This document shows, piece after piece, positions 38,254 to 48,200 of a stretch of DNA of 64,000 nt. A model generated the notes under the pieces. The model saw nothing but the letters and a program-made list of their open reading frames with translations. It had not been told where the DNA came from and did no database searches. Both the position numbers and the translations under genes were made by a program. How positions within the stretch are numbered: the first letter of the stretch is position 1; each line of letters opens with the position of its first letter. The stretch comes from a virus. The stretch spans positions 19,588-83,587 of the IMG/VR virus record IMGVR_UViG_3300025280_000026, one strand, 5' to 3'.

Positions 38254-40110
38254 ATGGAAGTAGCATCAAAGATTTTATCAGATATAGCAGTATACATGAA
38301 ATATGCAAGGTATTTACCCAAAAAGAAGAGAAGAGAAACTTGGCAGGAACTTGTTACGAGAAACAAGAATATGCATTTAAAAAAGTATCCTGACTTAAAA
38401 GATGAAATCGAAGAGAGCTATAAATTTGTTTATGCTAAAAAAGTTTTACCATCAATGCGCTCTATGCAATTCGCTGGCAAACCGATAGAGGTTGCACCTA
38501 ACAGAATATACAATTGTGCCTACCTGCCAATTGATGATTGGCGTTCTTTTAGTGAAACAATGTTTTTGTTGCTTGGTGGAACGGGCGTTGGATATTCAGT
38601 GCAAAAACACCATGTTGAGAAACTTCCAGAAATACGAAAGCCGAACAAGAAGAGAACCCGCCGGTATCTTATTGGAGATTCAATTGAAGGGTGGTCAGAC
38701 TCTATTAAAGTTTTGCTGAGAAGCTATTTCGAGGGCATGTCTGATATCAGATTTGATTTTTCTGATATTAGGCCGAAAGGAAGTCTTTTAATTACATCTG
38801 GTGGTAAAGCTCCCGGCCCCCAACCTCTGAGAGAATGCTTGGTGAAAGTCAAAGGAATACTAGATGAAAAAGAAAATGGCGACAAACTTACGACCATCGA
38901 GGTTCATGATATTGTATGCCACATCGCAGACGCCGTTCTCGCCGGAGGAATCCGTCGCGCAGCTCTCATTTCTCTTTTTAGCGCAGATGATGATGAAATG
39001 CTAGCGTCAAAGGCTGGGAACTGGTGGGAAACAAACCCACAAAGAGGAAGAGCGAATAACTCAGTTGTTTTGATGAGACATAGAGTAACGAAAGAATTCT
39101 TCATGAATATTTGGGAAAGAGTAAAAGAATCTGGCTCCGGCGAACCTGGTTTTTATTTTACCAATGATAAAGATTGGGGGACAAACCCTTGCTGTGAAAT
39201 AGCTTTGAGACCATATCAGTTTTGTAATCTTACTGAAGTCAACGCTAGCGATCTGGAAAGCCAAGAGGAACTAGAAAGAAGAGTACAAGCTGCAGCTTTT
39301 ATTGGCACCTTACAGGCCGGATACACTGATTTTCATTATCTTCGTGATATTTGGCAGAGGACTACGGAAAAAGATGCTCTCGTCGGTGTCTCGATGACCG
39401 GAATCGCTTCAGGCAATGTTCTTGGTTTAGATATGTCTCAGGCTGCAAAAGTTGTTAAACAAGAGAATTTAAGAGTTGCCGGCTTGACAGGGATAAACAA
39501 AGCAGCTAGAACAACAACCGTGAAACCTGCAGGCACAACCTCTCTTACGCTTGGAACCTCAAGCGGTATTCATGCATGGCATAATGATTATTATGTCCGA
39601 CGGATCCGCGTCAACAAAGCGGAAGCGATATACACTTATCTTTCTATACGCCACCCAGAGTTATTAGAAGATGAATTTTTTAGGCCGCACGATACTGCTG
39701 TGATATCTGTTCCGCAAAAAGCACCACCCAGTGGAATTACAAGACAGGAAACAGCACAAAATCTTTTGGAGAGAATCAAAAAGGTTAGCCAGGAGTGGGT
39801 CAAAACCGGCCACAGGCGAGGACAAAATACACATAATGTTTCTGCTACCGTTACGGTTAAAGAAGAAGAATGGAACCACGTTGGCCAATGGATGTGGGAA
39901 AATAGGAGATGCTACAACGGATTGTCTGTTTTACCACATTCAGAACACACATATAAACAAGCGCCCTTCGAAGATTGTTCTCGCGAGAAATATGATGAGA
40001 TGATCAAAACTTTACAAAAACTTGACTTAACAAAAGTGGTAGAGATAGAGGATAATACAACTTTGGCCGGCGAACTTGCTTGTTCAAGTGGCGCCTGCGA
40101 AATAAAATAA
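38254..40110 (+). CDS. nrdJ: Class II (B12-dependent) ribonucleotide reductase, monomeric type
   Basis: LPSMR, YNCA, GGIRRAA, TNPCCEI, VKPAGT and C-terminal CSSGAC; no beta subunit gene nearby. Confidence 0.88.
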   Translation: MEVASKILSDIAVYMKYARYLPKKKRRETWQELVTRNKNMHLKKYPDLKDEIEESYKFVYAKKVLPSMRSMQFAGKPIEVAPNRIYNCAYLPIDDWRSFSETMFLLLGGTGVGYSVQKHHVEKLPEIRKPNKKRTRRYLIGDSIEGWSDSIKVLLRSYFEGMSDIRFDFSDIRPKGSLLITSGGKAPGPQPLRECLVKVKGILDEKENGDKLTTIEVHDIVCHIADAVLAGGIRRAALISLFSADDDEMLASKAGNWWETNPQRGRANNSVVLMRHRVTKEFFMNIWERVKESGSGEPGFYFTNDKDWGTNPCCEIALRPYQFCNLTEVNASDLESQEELERRVQAAAFIGTLQAGYTDFHYLRDIWQRTTEKDALVGVSMTGIASGNVLGLDMSQAAKVVKQENLRVAGLTGINKAARTTTVKPAGTTSLTLGTSSGIHAWHNDYYVRRIRVNKAEAIYTYLSIRHPELLEDEFFRPHDTAVISVPQKAPPSGITRQETAQNLLERIKKVSQEWVKTGHRRGQNTHNVSATVTVKEEEWNHVGQWMWENRRCYNGLSVLPHSEHTYKQAPFEDCSREKYDEMIKTLQKLDLTKVVEIEDNTTLAGELACSSGACEIK

Positions 40111-40132
40111 CAGCTTATTAATCGGAGATCAT

Positions 40133-40393
40133 ATGAGACCTTGTAACCGACACATTTTAATTAAACCCATGGAAGAAGAAGAAAAAGAAATTGCGGTATT
40201 GGTGCCTGATAATTTTAGGGCTAAAACTACTTCTTTTATTAAAGCAAGAGTAGTAGACTGGGCAGATGATATAAATATACAAATGCATGAAAATGCTATA
40301 GTCGTCGTTAACTCTAGTATGATAGAAGAGATTGTGTTGGGTGACGAAAAATATCATTTAATACTAGAAAATTATGTTTTAGGCTATTTTTAG
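40133..40393 (+). CDS. groES: GroES-like co-chaperonin
   Basis: MRPCNRHILIKP, a mobile loop, and YHLILENYVLG. Confidence 0.7.
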   Translation: MRPCNRHILIKPMEEEEKEIAVLVPDNFRAKTTSFIKARVVDWADDINIQMHENAIVVVNSSMIEEIVLGDEKYHLILENYVLGYF

Positions 40394-40417
40394 AAAAAAC
40401 TGTTTTTTCTAAAAATA
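40385..40417. repeat. Perfect 16-bp inverted repeat with a 1-nt spacer
   Basis: TATTTTTAGAAAAAAC-T-GTTTTTTCTAAAAATA. Confidence 0.85.
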
Positions 40418-40471
40418 TTAACTACTTATCCGTATGAATAATTTAAACAGCCACTATCTAGGAGTTAAAAT

Positions 40472-41062
40472 ATGAATTCGTTAATTGTCGCCTTGTTGGC
40501 AACTCAAATCACAGCCGCAGGTGTAAACATTAATAAAGAAGACGTGACGTACTTCGAGATTGCTGAACAAGCAATCTTTAATTGTCCGACGTATAAGAAG
40601 GGCCCAGCCAATATACGGCCGACGGTCGTTTTTGATCTTATCGGAATCGAGAGAAAGTTTAACGTGCCCACACATATGAAGGGAATGTTATTAGCACATG
40701 CATGCACGCATGGAAGCCTTGCCGGCGACGTCAAAACCTTGCGCTATTGGAAAACAAAAAATATACTTGAAAAAAAGAAAGATATTTTAAGTATTTCCCC
40801 TCCCCAAAAATTAATTAGATTTAATCGTTTTCATTACCAAAGAGCAGCTGATATTTGGATGCGCCGCGTAATCAAAGAATTACCAAAAACAAAAAAAAAG
40901 TGCGCAAAATTTGATGAATCTTGTAGCTGGCTGAACGCGTGGCTTGGCAGTGTTAAAAACTTTAAAAAAGTACCAAAAAAAGAAGTAAAATTGTTAAGAA
41001 AGTGGCATAAAAGAATCGAAAAGAATCGCCAAACAAAAAATCATGTAGCATGCGGTTGCTGA
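40472..41062 (+). CDS. Secreted basic hypothetical protein, possibly with a degenerate lysozyme-like fold
   Basis: Signal-peptide-like N-terminus; late motif at 40421. Confidence 0.55.
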   Translation: MNSLIVALLATQITAAGVNINKEDVTYFEIAEQAIFNCPTYKKGPANIRPTVVFDLIGIERKFNVPTHMKGMLLAHACTHGSLAGDVKTLRYWKTKNILEKKKDILSISPPQKLIRFNRFHYQRAADIWMRRVIKELPKTKKKCAKFDESCSWLNAWLGSVKNFKKVPKKEVKLLRKWHKRIEKNRQTKNHVACGC

Positions 41063-41886
41063 AAACCCCTTTATTTAGATGGAATGAAATTGTAATCGGA
41101 GGCAATACAAATGCTTTTTTCTACGCCAGTAAAAAGGGTTGTCACATCATCCCTAATATTATGGATATCCCTCTTGCTCACAACGGGCCGAGTTTTGCGA
41201 ATGATTTGGGGGTGAACCTAAACTCTAGTGAAGACGAATGGCGGTTCATGGCTTACAAACTTAATCGAAGAGGTCTGAACCCTTTTACCAATAAAATAAA
41301 ACATATACGTATTGACGAACCAAACAAGCAATTAGTCGTTAACATTGGCACTCCAAATATATTTTATATATCATATGATGAACTTCGTGTGTTCGATACT
41401 GAAAACGTTTCCGGCCTCTCTTTTGAATCTCAAGAAAGAGTTTTAGGATATCAAGTATATGATTGGTTTGATGTTCGTTCTGGAATGAAACACGGGCTGG
41501 ATTTTATAGAAGATCCAAACTCAAATTTTGTTAAGAAAATACACTTTTTCTTGTCAGAAAGAATTGATGGAAATTATGATAAAAAAGATTTGGTAGCTGA
41601 ATCGTTTTTGTCGGAAGAACAAATACATGACATAGATTACTCAGATTCAATATCTAGGTTGAAAACAATTAATATGATGAAAGGCGCCGGGATTAAAGGG
41701 AAGAAAAACGGCCTTGGAAGCCATGCATCGATCAAACTTGAGTTGTGGAAACGTGAGATTAAGAAGCTTAAAAGTATAAAAAGTTTTCAAAAAGGTGATA
41801 TAATAATTGACGGACGTCCACTTGAGGAAATAAAAAATGAGTTTTCATCTAGCAGGGATTGTGCCTCTCGCCGGCCACCCTCTTGA
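41050..41886 (+). CDS. Hypothetical protein with a Rossmann-like N-terminus
   Basis: EIVIGGNTNAFFYA. Confidence 0.6.
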   Translation: MRLLKTPLFRWNEIVIGGNTNAFFYASKKGCHIIPNIMDIPLAHNGPSFANDLGVNLNSSEDEWRFMAYKLNRRGLNPFTNKIKHIRIDEPNKQLVVNIGTPNIFYISYDELRVFDTENVSGLSFESQERVLGYQVYDWFDVRSGMKHGLDFIEDPNSNFVKKIHFFLSERIDGNYDKKDLVAESFLSEEQIHDIDYSDSISRLKTINMMKGAGIKGKKNGLGSHASIKLELWKREIKKLKSIKSFQKGDIIIDGRPLEEIKNEFSSSRDCASRRPPS

Positions 41887-42661
41887 TTATAAAATGCCCT
41901 GGCATGATGCTATGATGCCTGTTGGTCCTGATTATTTAGCTGTCGAGCGAAGTGTTGTGGAATGCGCCAACGCTGGCTGTGAGACTATTTGGATTATATG
42001 TGATAATGATATTCAGCCTCTGATTCGTCATCGGTTGGGCGAATACGTGCAAGATCCTGTTTGGGTGACGAGACACTATTCGCCTAAAAAAGGGGATCAT
42101 AAAAAACCAATTCCGCTATACTACGTTCCAATAAATATAAGAGACAGGGGTAAAAAGGATAGTTTGTCGTGGAGTATACTACATGGTGCTTACATCGCAA
42201 ATAATATTTCTTCAAAGATGAGTAATTGGCTCCGGCCAAATAAGTTTTATGTTTCTTTTCCTTATGGTTATTATGGCCCAACACTTGTCAGGCAACATAG
42301 AGATTTAATATCTACAAATAAAAACTTTTTTATTTCACATAACGATAAAACTGCTATTGACGGAGAATTTTTGGGGTTTACATTTGGTTACGATGACTAT
42401 GAAAAATTATTAAACAACTTTAGAGGTATCTATTCCAACCATGCACATGAAACAAATTTAAAATTTTCATTGGAGGAAATATTTAATGTGTTAGATATAA
42501 AAAACTCAAATGTTGTTAGTTTTATGAATTACTGGAAGTTGGATGGTTGGGAAAATTATTGTGCATATATATCAGAGCAAGGTCATAGGACGAAAAGACC
42601 ATCAAAATATATCTTAAAATACCACGAATGGAACGATATTGGTGTTGACGAAACTAATTAA
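41837..42661 (+). CDS. Sugar-nucleotidyltransferase-like protein (degenerate)
   Basis: LAGIVPLAG, MMPVG and VECANAGCETIWII resemble the NTP_transferase N-terminus. Confidence 0.6.
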   Translation: MSFHLAGIVPLAGHPLDYKMPWHDAMMPVGPDYLAVERSVVECANAGCETIWIICDNDIQPLIRHRLGEYVQDPVWVTRHYSPKKGDHKKPIPLYYVPINIRDRGKKDSLSWSILHGAYIANNISSKMSNWLRPNKFYVSFPYGYYGPTLVRQHRDLISTNKNFFISHNDKTAIDGEFLGFTFGYDDYEKLLNNFRGIYSNHAHETNLKFSLEEIFNVLDIKNSNVVSFMNYWKLDGWENYCAYISEQGHRTKRPSKYILKYHEWNDIGVDETN

Positions 42662-42667
42662 TAGTGT

Positions 42668-44311
42668 ATGAAGATAGGCGAAATATTAAATAAAAGAGGG
42701 GAAAGTTTGCTTTTGGAAGCAACCGATCCCACTCAACTTGAAATCGAACAACAGGCCCTTTCCATGGCCAAAAAGTACAATGTCCCTTTCGACATTGTTA
42801 TGCGCCACATGTGGATTGAGAGTGGATATAAACTCAGAGCGCGCAGCCCAAAGAACGCCTATGGTTTGATGCAGTTGATGCCAGGCACTGCGAAAGACCT
42901 CGGTGTCGACCGTAACAAGTGGGCCCAAAATATAGAAGGTGGTGTTAAATATTTGCGCAGTTTATACAATACACTTGATAATCGCGCTCTTAGTCTGAGC
43001 GGGTATTGGAAGAAAGAGGGCGCGAATTTGGGACGCTTCGGCGCAAAAGGAATTAAGGATAAGTGGGAAGCAGTTGCGGTGGCTTATTTTTCCGGCGGCG
43101 GCGGGTTTAACCAGGTCGCCGCCCGAGCTGCCAAGGCTGGCTATCTAGACGAAAATGGCATGATTGACTGGAAAAGATACAGTAAAGAAACGGGTCGTTA
43201 CAAAAGAAGAGTTCGTTATGCAAGAGCCGTTCATGATCCAGACCACTACAGACAAAAACAACGGCGCCGCAGACATTCGTCTTACAAGGTTGCGGTTCCA
43301 AAAGAGCTTATAAGCAATATTGGATTAAAAAAATTTGGGCTAGCACCTGATCCAAAAAACACAAAAACTGTAATCATTTCAGGCAACTCTCATGGTATGT
43401 TTATGAGCAAATTTGTCGAACAGAAGTATGAAGATTTAGGCAGAAGAACCGGCACTCATTATAAGATAATTACCATCCATGCGCCCCAAGGCCATGGCGG
43501 GGAGTTACCTGCTTTGAATTCGAAAATGGAAAATTTGATTCCCGAGTTAAAAGGGAAAAATGTCGCAGCTGTTATACACATCGGTTCCAATCGCGATCCA
43601 GTACTAGAAGAGTTAGTTGATAAGTATCAATCTGTTTCGGACAATGTTGTGTTTATAGGAACGCCAGAAGCTAGGAAAACTAGGTACCTCAAGCCGAATA
43701 AGGCATATAAACCTTATGCGGATAGAATAAAGTGGAATCAGGAGTTAAAAGAAAAATTGGGTGATCGCAAAGGTGTCAAGTTTATCGATACTCATGGTCT
43801 AACAACTCAGAAAGATTTACGCGATAACGTGCACTTACGTAGCAAAGCATACAAAAACCTCTATGGTGCCATAAATTCTCAAATAACATACGACCCAGAT
43901 ATTGATAATAATCAAAGTGGCTCCCCAGGCGGCGCATCTGTTGTTAAACCGCTCCCCAGAGACAAAATAACACCATCTGTTGGTTCTACACCTTCCCCCG
44001 GCCGCTTTGTTCATGGATTTACTAAAAAAGAATTCCCCAAATTCGATTTTGGTAAATTTTATAAAGAGCTGGATAATGTTTTTATTGATAAAGGTGGCGC
44101 CACAGGGATGTTGTCAAAACATGGACAAGATTATGCTTTCGGAAGAGAACACAAGGCAGCATGGGACGCTCTGCAAACAGCCAAAGCCAAGACCCCCGTG
44201 TCAACACCGGCACCACAAATTGTCGACGCAGACGACGAGGCAATAAAAAAAGATATTGATATTGCTGCCCAAGCAGCCGTTGTCGAAGTATTCAAGAAAT
44301 TCAAAATATAG
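42668..44311 (+). CDS. Lytic transglycosylase (SLT) fused to an SGNH hydrolase domain
   Basis: SLT motifs IESG, AYGLMQLMP, NIEGGVKYL and AYFSG; SGNH blocks ISGNSH, IGSN and DNVH. Confidence 0.8.
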   Translation: MKIGEILNKRGESLLLEATDPTQLEIEQQALSMAKKYNVPFDIVMRHMWIESGYKLRARSPKNAYGLMQLMPGTAKDLGVDRNKWAQNIEGGVKYLRSLYNTLDNRALSLSGYWKKEGANLGRFGAKGIKDKWEAVAVAYFSGGGGFNQVAARAAKAGYLDENGMIDWKRYSKETGRYKRRVRYARAVHDPDHYRQKQRRRRHSSYKVAVPKELISNIGLKKFGLAPDPKNTKTVIISGNSHGMFMSKFVEQKYEDLGRRTGTHYKIITIHAPQGHGGELPALNSKMENLIPELKGKNVAAVIHIGSNRDPVLEELVDKYQSVSDNVVFIGTPEARKTRYLKPNKAYKPYADRIKWNQELKEKLGDRKGVKFIDTHGLTTQKDLRDNVHLRSKAYKNLYGAINSQITYDPDIDNNQSGSPGGASVVKPLPRDKITPSVGSTPSPGRFVHGFTKKEFPKFDFGKFYKELDNVFIDKGGATGMLSKHGQDYAFGREHKAAWDALQTAKAKTPVSTPAPQIVDADDEAIKKDIDIAAQAAVVEVFKKFKI

Positions 44312-44319
44312 AAGGTAAA

Positions 44320-45174
44320 ATGAATATCAATATCAAGACTTTAATAGGCAACACGCCTTTGGTAAAGATCGCAGAAAAGATTTATGCAAAGCTAGAAACG
44401 TATAGCCCATCCGGTTCTATAAAAGATCGTATGGCTTCGTATATTTTGCAGAAAGCAGAAGAAAATGGAGATTTAAAAAAAGGCTATACCATTGTTGAGG
44501 CTTCGTCTGGCAACACAGGTATCGCTTTTTCTATGTTAGCTGCAAACAAAGGCTATGGTTGCATTATAATCATGCCAAAGAATATGAGTGAAGAGCGCAA
44601 ACAAATGATGAAGATGTTTGGTGCCAAGATAATTGAAGTTGGCCATAATGCTTTTAAAAATGCAATAAGAACGAGAGATGAGTTGGTTCACAATTTTGGT
44701 ACGTACTGGTCTCCAATGCAATTTAGCAACAAATACAACATTGAGTGTCACGAAAAGACCACAGCCAGAGAGATACTAGCGCAGGTACCTGAAAATATAT
44801 CTGCATTGATCACTGGTTCCGGCACCGGTGGTACCATTATGGGGTGTCATAATTTTCTATCGGTGAAGTATCCAGGCATGAAAACAGTTCTCGTGAAACC
44901 AGCGGAATCAGCAGAAACTCACGGTATACAGGGTATTAATGATGGCGCTGATTTCTTGTGCGACATGTCAAAAATTGATAGTGTGATAGAAATAACAACA
45001 AAAGAAGCTAAAGAAAGGTCTTGCCGCCTTGCTAAAGAGGATGGACTCCTAGTCGGCATAAGTTCTGGAGCAAACATATCGGCTGCAGAAAAATGGGTTA
45101 AAAACAACAATCCATCTGGTGTTGTGATCACTTTTTTGTGTGATCGTGGCGAAAGATACTTAAGTTGCCAATAA
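44320..45174 (+). CDS. cysK: Cysteine synthase (PLP-dependent)
   Basis: IGNTPLV, SGSIKDR, EASSGNTG, GSGTGGT, HGIQGI, GISSGA and DRGERYLS. Confidence 0.92.
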   Translation: MNINIKTLIGNTPLVKIAEKIYAKLETYSPSGSIKDRMASYILQKAEENGDLKKGYTIVEASSGNTGIAFSMLAANKGYGCIIIMPKNMSEERKQMMKMFGAKIIEVGHNAFKNAIRTRDELVHNFGTYWSPMQFSNKYNIECHEKTTAREILAQVPENISALITGSGTGGTIMGCHNFLSVKYPGMKTVLVKPAESAETHGIQGINDGADFLCDMSKIDSVIEITTKEAKERSCRLAKEDGLLVGISSGANISAAEKWVKNNNPSGVVITFLCDRGERYLSCQ

Positions 45175-45178
45175 CTTG

Positions 45179-45206
45179 TTGACTTTTTCACTAAAGTACC
45201 TATAAT
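45179..45206 (+). promoter_or_regulatory. Sigma70-like promoter, probably giving a leaderless dnaE mRNA
   Basis: TTGACT-N16-TATAAT, followed 7 nt later by the ATG with no Shine-Dalgarno. Confidence 0.7.
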
Positions 45207-45213
45207 TATACAT

Positions 45214-48200
45214 ATGCAAAGAGAACTTACAGAACGTACTAAATCAACCATTTCTTTCGTAGGTCTGCACGCCCATAGCGTGGCAGGCTCGCCTTTTGAC
45301 GGATTTGGGTATCCGCATGAACACATGGACTTCGCCTACCAAAACGGCTGCAATGCTTTGGCACTCACTGACCATGGCAATATGAATGGGCTATCTCACC
45401 AGGTTCTGCACGCTAAGAAAATGTGCGAAGAAGGCAAAGACTTTAAGCCAATTTTTGGCGTCGAAGCATACTTTGTTCCTTCAGTTAAAGAATGGAAAAC
45501 AGCATATGAAAAGGCAAAAGAGGATAAAAAAGCAGCTAGGGACTTAGAAAGCGACCCAACAAAAACTGCCAATGAAGACGAAGGCGCTTCCAAACAGAAA
45601 GTTGATAATATCATCCGTCGTAGAAGGCATCTTATCCTTATTGCACAGAACCAAATTGGCCTGAACAATATTTTTAAGATGATCTCAACGTCATTCCAGG
45701 GCGATAATTTTTATCGATATCCTCGCGTTGATTACGATTTAATGAGTAAACATAGCGAAGGTGTTATTGCATCATCAGCTTGCCTAGGCGGCGTCTATGC
45801 CGGTGATTATTGGGATAACCGCGACGATGGAGAAGAAGCTGTTCTTAATGCTATGCGAGAAACTACGCAGCACATGATAGATATCTTTGGTGAAAGATGG
45901 TATGGCGAATTACAATGGAATAATATACCAGAACAACACGCGCTTAACAAATATGTTTTGCGAATGAAAGACGAGTTTGATATCGATGTTATCTCTACCG
46001 CCGATAGTCACTATCCTAGTCCTGATGCTTGGAAAGACCGTGAGCTTTATAAACGTCTTGGTTTCCTTAATAGACCGAAGAAACCCGAATGGATGACTTC
46101 TGAACTTCCTGATGGCGTTGAAGAAATTGGATATGAACTATATCCAAAGAACGGCGATCAGATGTGGGAATCATACAAAAAGTACTCTGAAGAGTGTAAA
46201 ACAGAATATGATGACCAGACGGTTCTTGATTCGCTAACGACAACTCATTGGATCGCGCATCAATTAATTGAAGAGTTTATGCCAGACGATACAGTCAGGC
46301 TTCCAGGGTTTGTTGTTCCTGAAAACCAAACAGCTACACAAGCTTTAGCGCGAGCATGCATCGACGGTTTAACAAGTCTTGATTTACATAAGAAAAATGA
46401 GTATGTTGATCGTTTAAAACATGAACTGCATGTTATCGATGATCGTGGCTTTAGTAAATACTTTTTAACGATGAAGGCCATCGCGGATAAAGCGAATGAG
46501 AATATGTTATCAGGGCCCGGGCGAGGATCCGCCGCAGGTTCGTTAGTCGCTTATGTGCTTAGTATCACGCAAGTTGATCCGATTAAATATGGTTTGTTGT
46601 TCAGTCGTTTTCTTCGCTCTGATACAACAGAGTATCCTGATATTGATTATGATGTCAGCGATGCCTTTGGTTTAAAAGAGATTTTGGCTAAAGAGTGGGG
46701 TGAAACAACAGTTGTCCCAATTTCTAATTTTAATACACTGCAGCTTCGCTCTTTGATTAAAGACATCAGTAAGTTCTATGAAGTCCCATTTGTAGAAACA
46801 AATGCTGTTACCTCGCAGATGATGCATGAAGCTATGCCAAGAGCGAAACAGGTTCATGGTATTAAAGCAGGTGTTTATATCCCAACCTTTGAAGAGATTA
46901 TGGAATATTCAGAGTCCCTTCAGAAATTTCTTAATAAGTATCCACATATTAAGACACATGTTGAAGCTCTCTACGGTCAAGTCCGTTCAACGAGCCGACA
47001 TGCCGGCGGCGTTGTGATCGGCGAAGACTTAGATAAACATATGCCGCTGATTAATTCAGGCGGCGTTATACAGACTCCATGGTCTGAAGGCATGAACGTC
47101 CGCCACTTAGAACCTCTTGGATTTATTAAATTTGATTTGCTTGGACTAACAACGTTAGAAATGATCCAAGGCGCAATTGAACACATCTTGCGAAGGCATC
47201 ATAAAGTTGAGAATCCAACGTTTGAGGAAGTTAAGTATTGGTATGATAAGAATTTACATCCAGATAATATAAACTTCGAAGATAAAGAGGTTTATAGAAA
47301 TATATTTCACAAGGGTAAATTTGTTGGAATATTCCAATTTACAAACGAAGGTGCACAAAAGTTTTGCATGAGGGCAAAACCAAATAATATTATTGACATC
47401 TCAGCTGTCACATCAATTTACCGGCCTGGTCCTTTGAGCGCTGACGTTGACGATCTCTACGTCGATGCCAAAGCAAATCCAAGCAAAATTGTGCACCCGC
47501 ATGAAATTGTTAAGGAAATCACACAAGAGACCGCTGGTTTCTTAATTTTCCAGGAGCAGATTGCTTTGTTGGCTCATAAACTTGGAGAGAATATTTCTCT
47601 TGATGAAGGAAACAAACTACGCAAACTTCTCACGAAGAAAGGCACAGGAGAAAGTGCAAGAGAAAAGAATAAGATTCGTAAAAAGTTTGTTAACGGTTGC
47701 ATGCAAAAGAAGATTGATAAGACAACAGCAGAAGCGATGTGGAAGAAGTTTGAATACTTCTCAGGCTACGGTTTCAACAAATCGCATGCTGTGTCTTATT
47801 CTATTCTTTCTTATCAATGCGCCTGGCTTTTGAATTATTATCCTGCTGAGTGGATGGCTGCGTTTCTTGATAAAGAACCAGAGAAAAGGAAAGAAGCTGC
47901 GATCAATTTGGCACAAAAATACGGCTTTAAGATCGAACCAGTTAATATCAATACTTCAAGTTGGCATTGGGATATTTCTGATGATAGTAAAACGATGATC
48001 CAACCTTTAAGTTCGATTAAAGGTTTGGGCGATAAAGCCATCGAACAAATTATTAATAACCGGCCTTTTAACAACGCTGAAGATTTATTGTTTAACGAGG
48101 ATATTGTATATTCAAAGTTTAATAAAAAAGCGATGGATGTTCTTTGTCGTTGTGGCGCCATGAGAGATTTACTTGATGAGAATTTTACAGGGATGAAACA

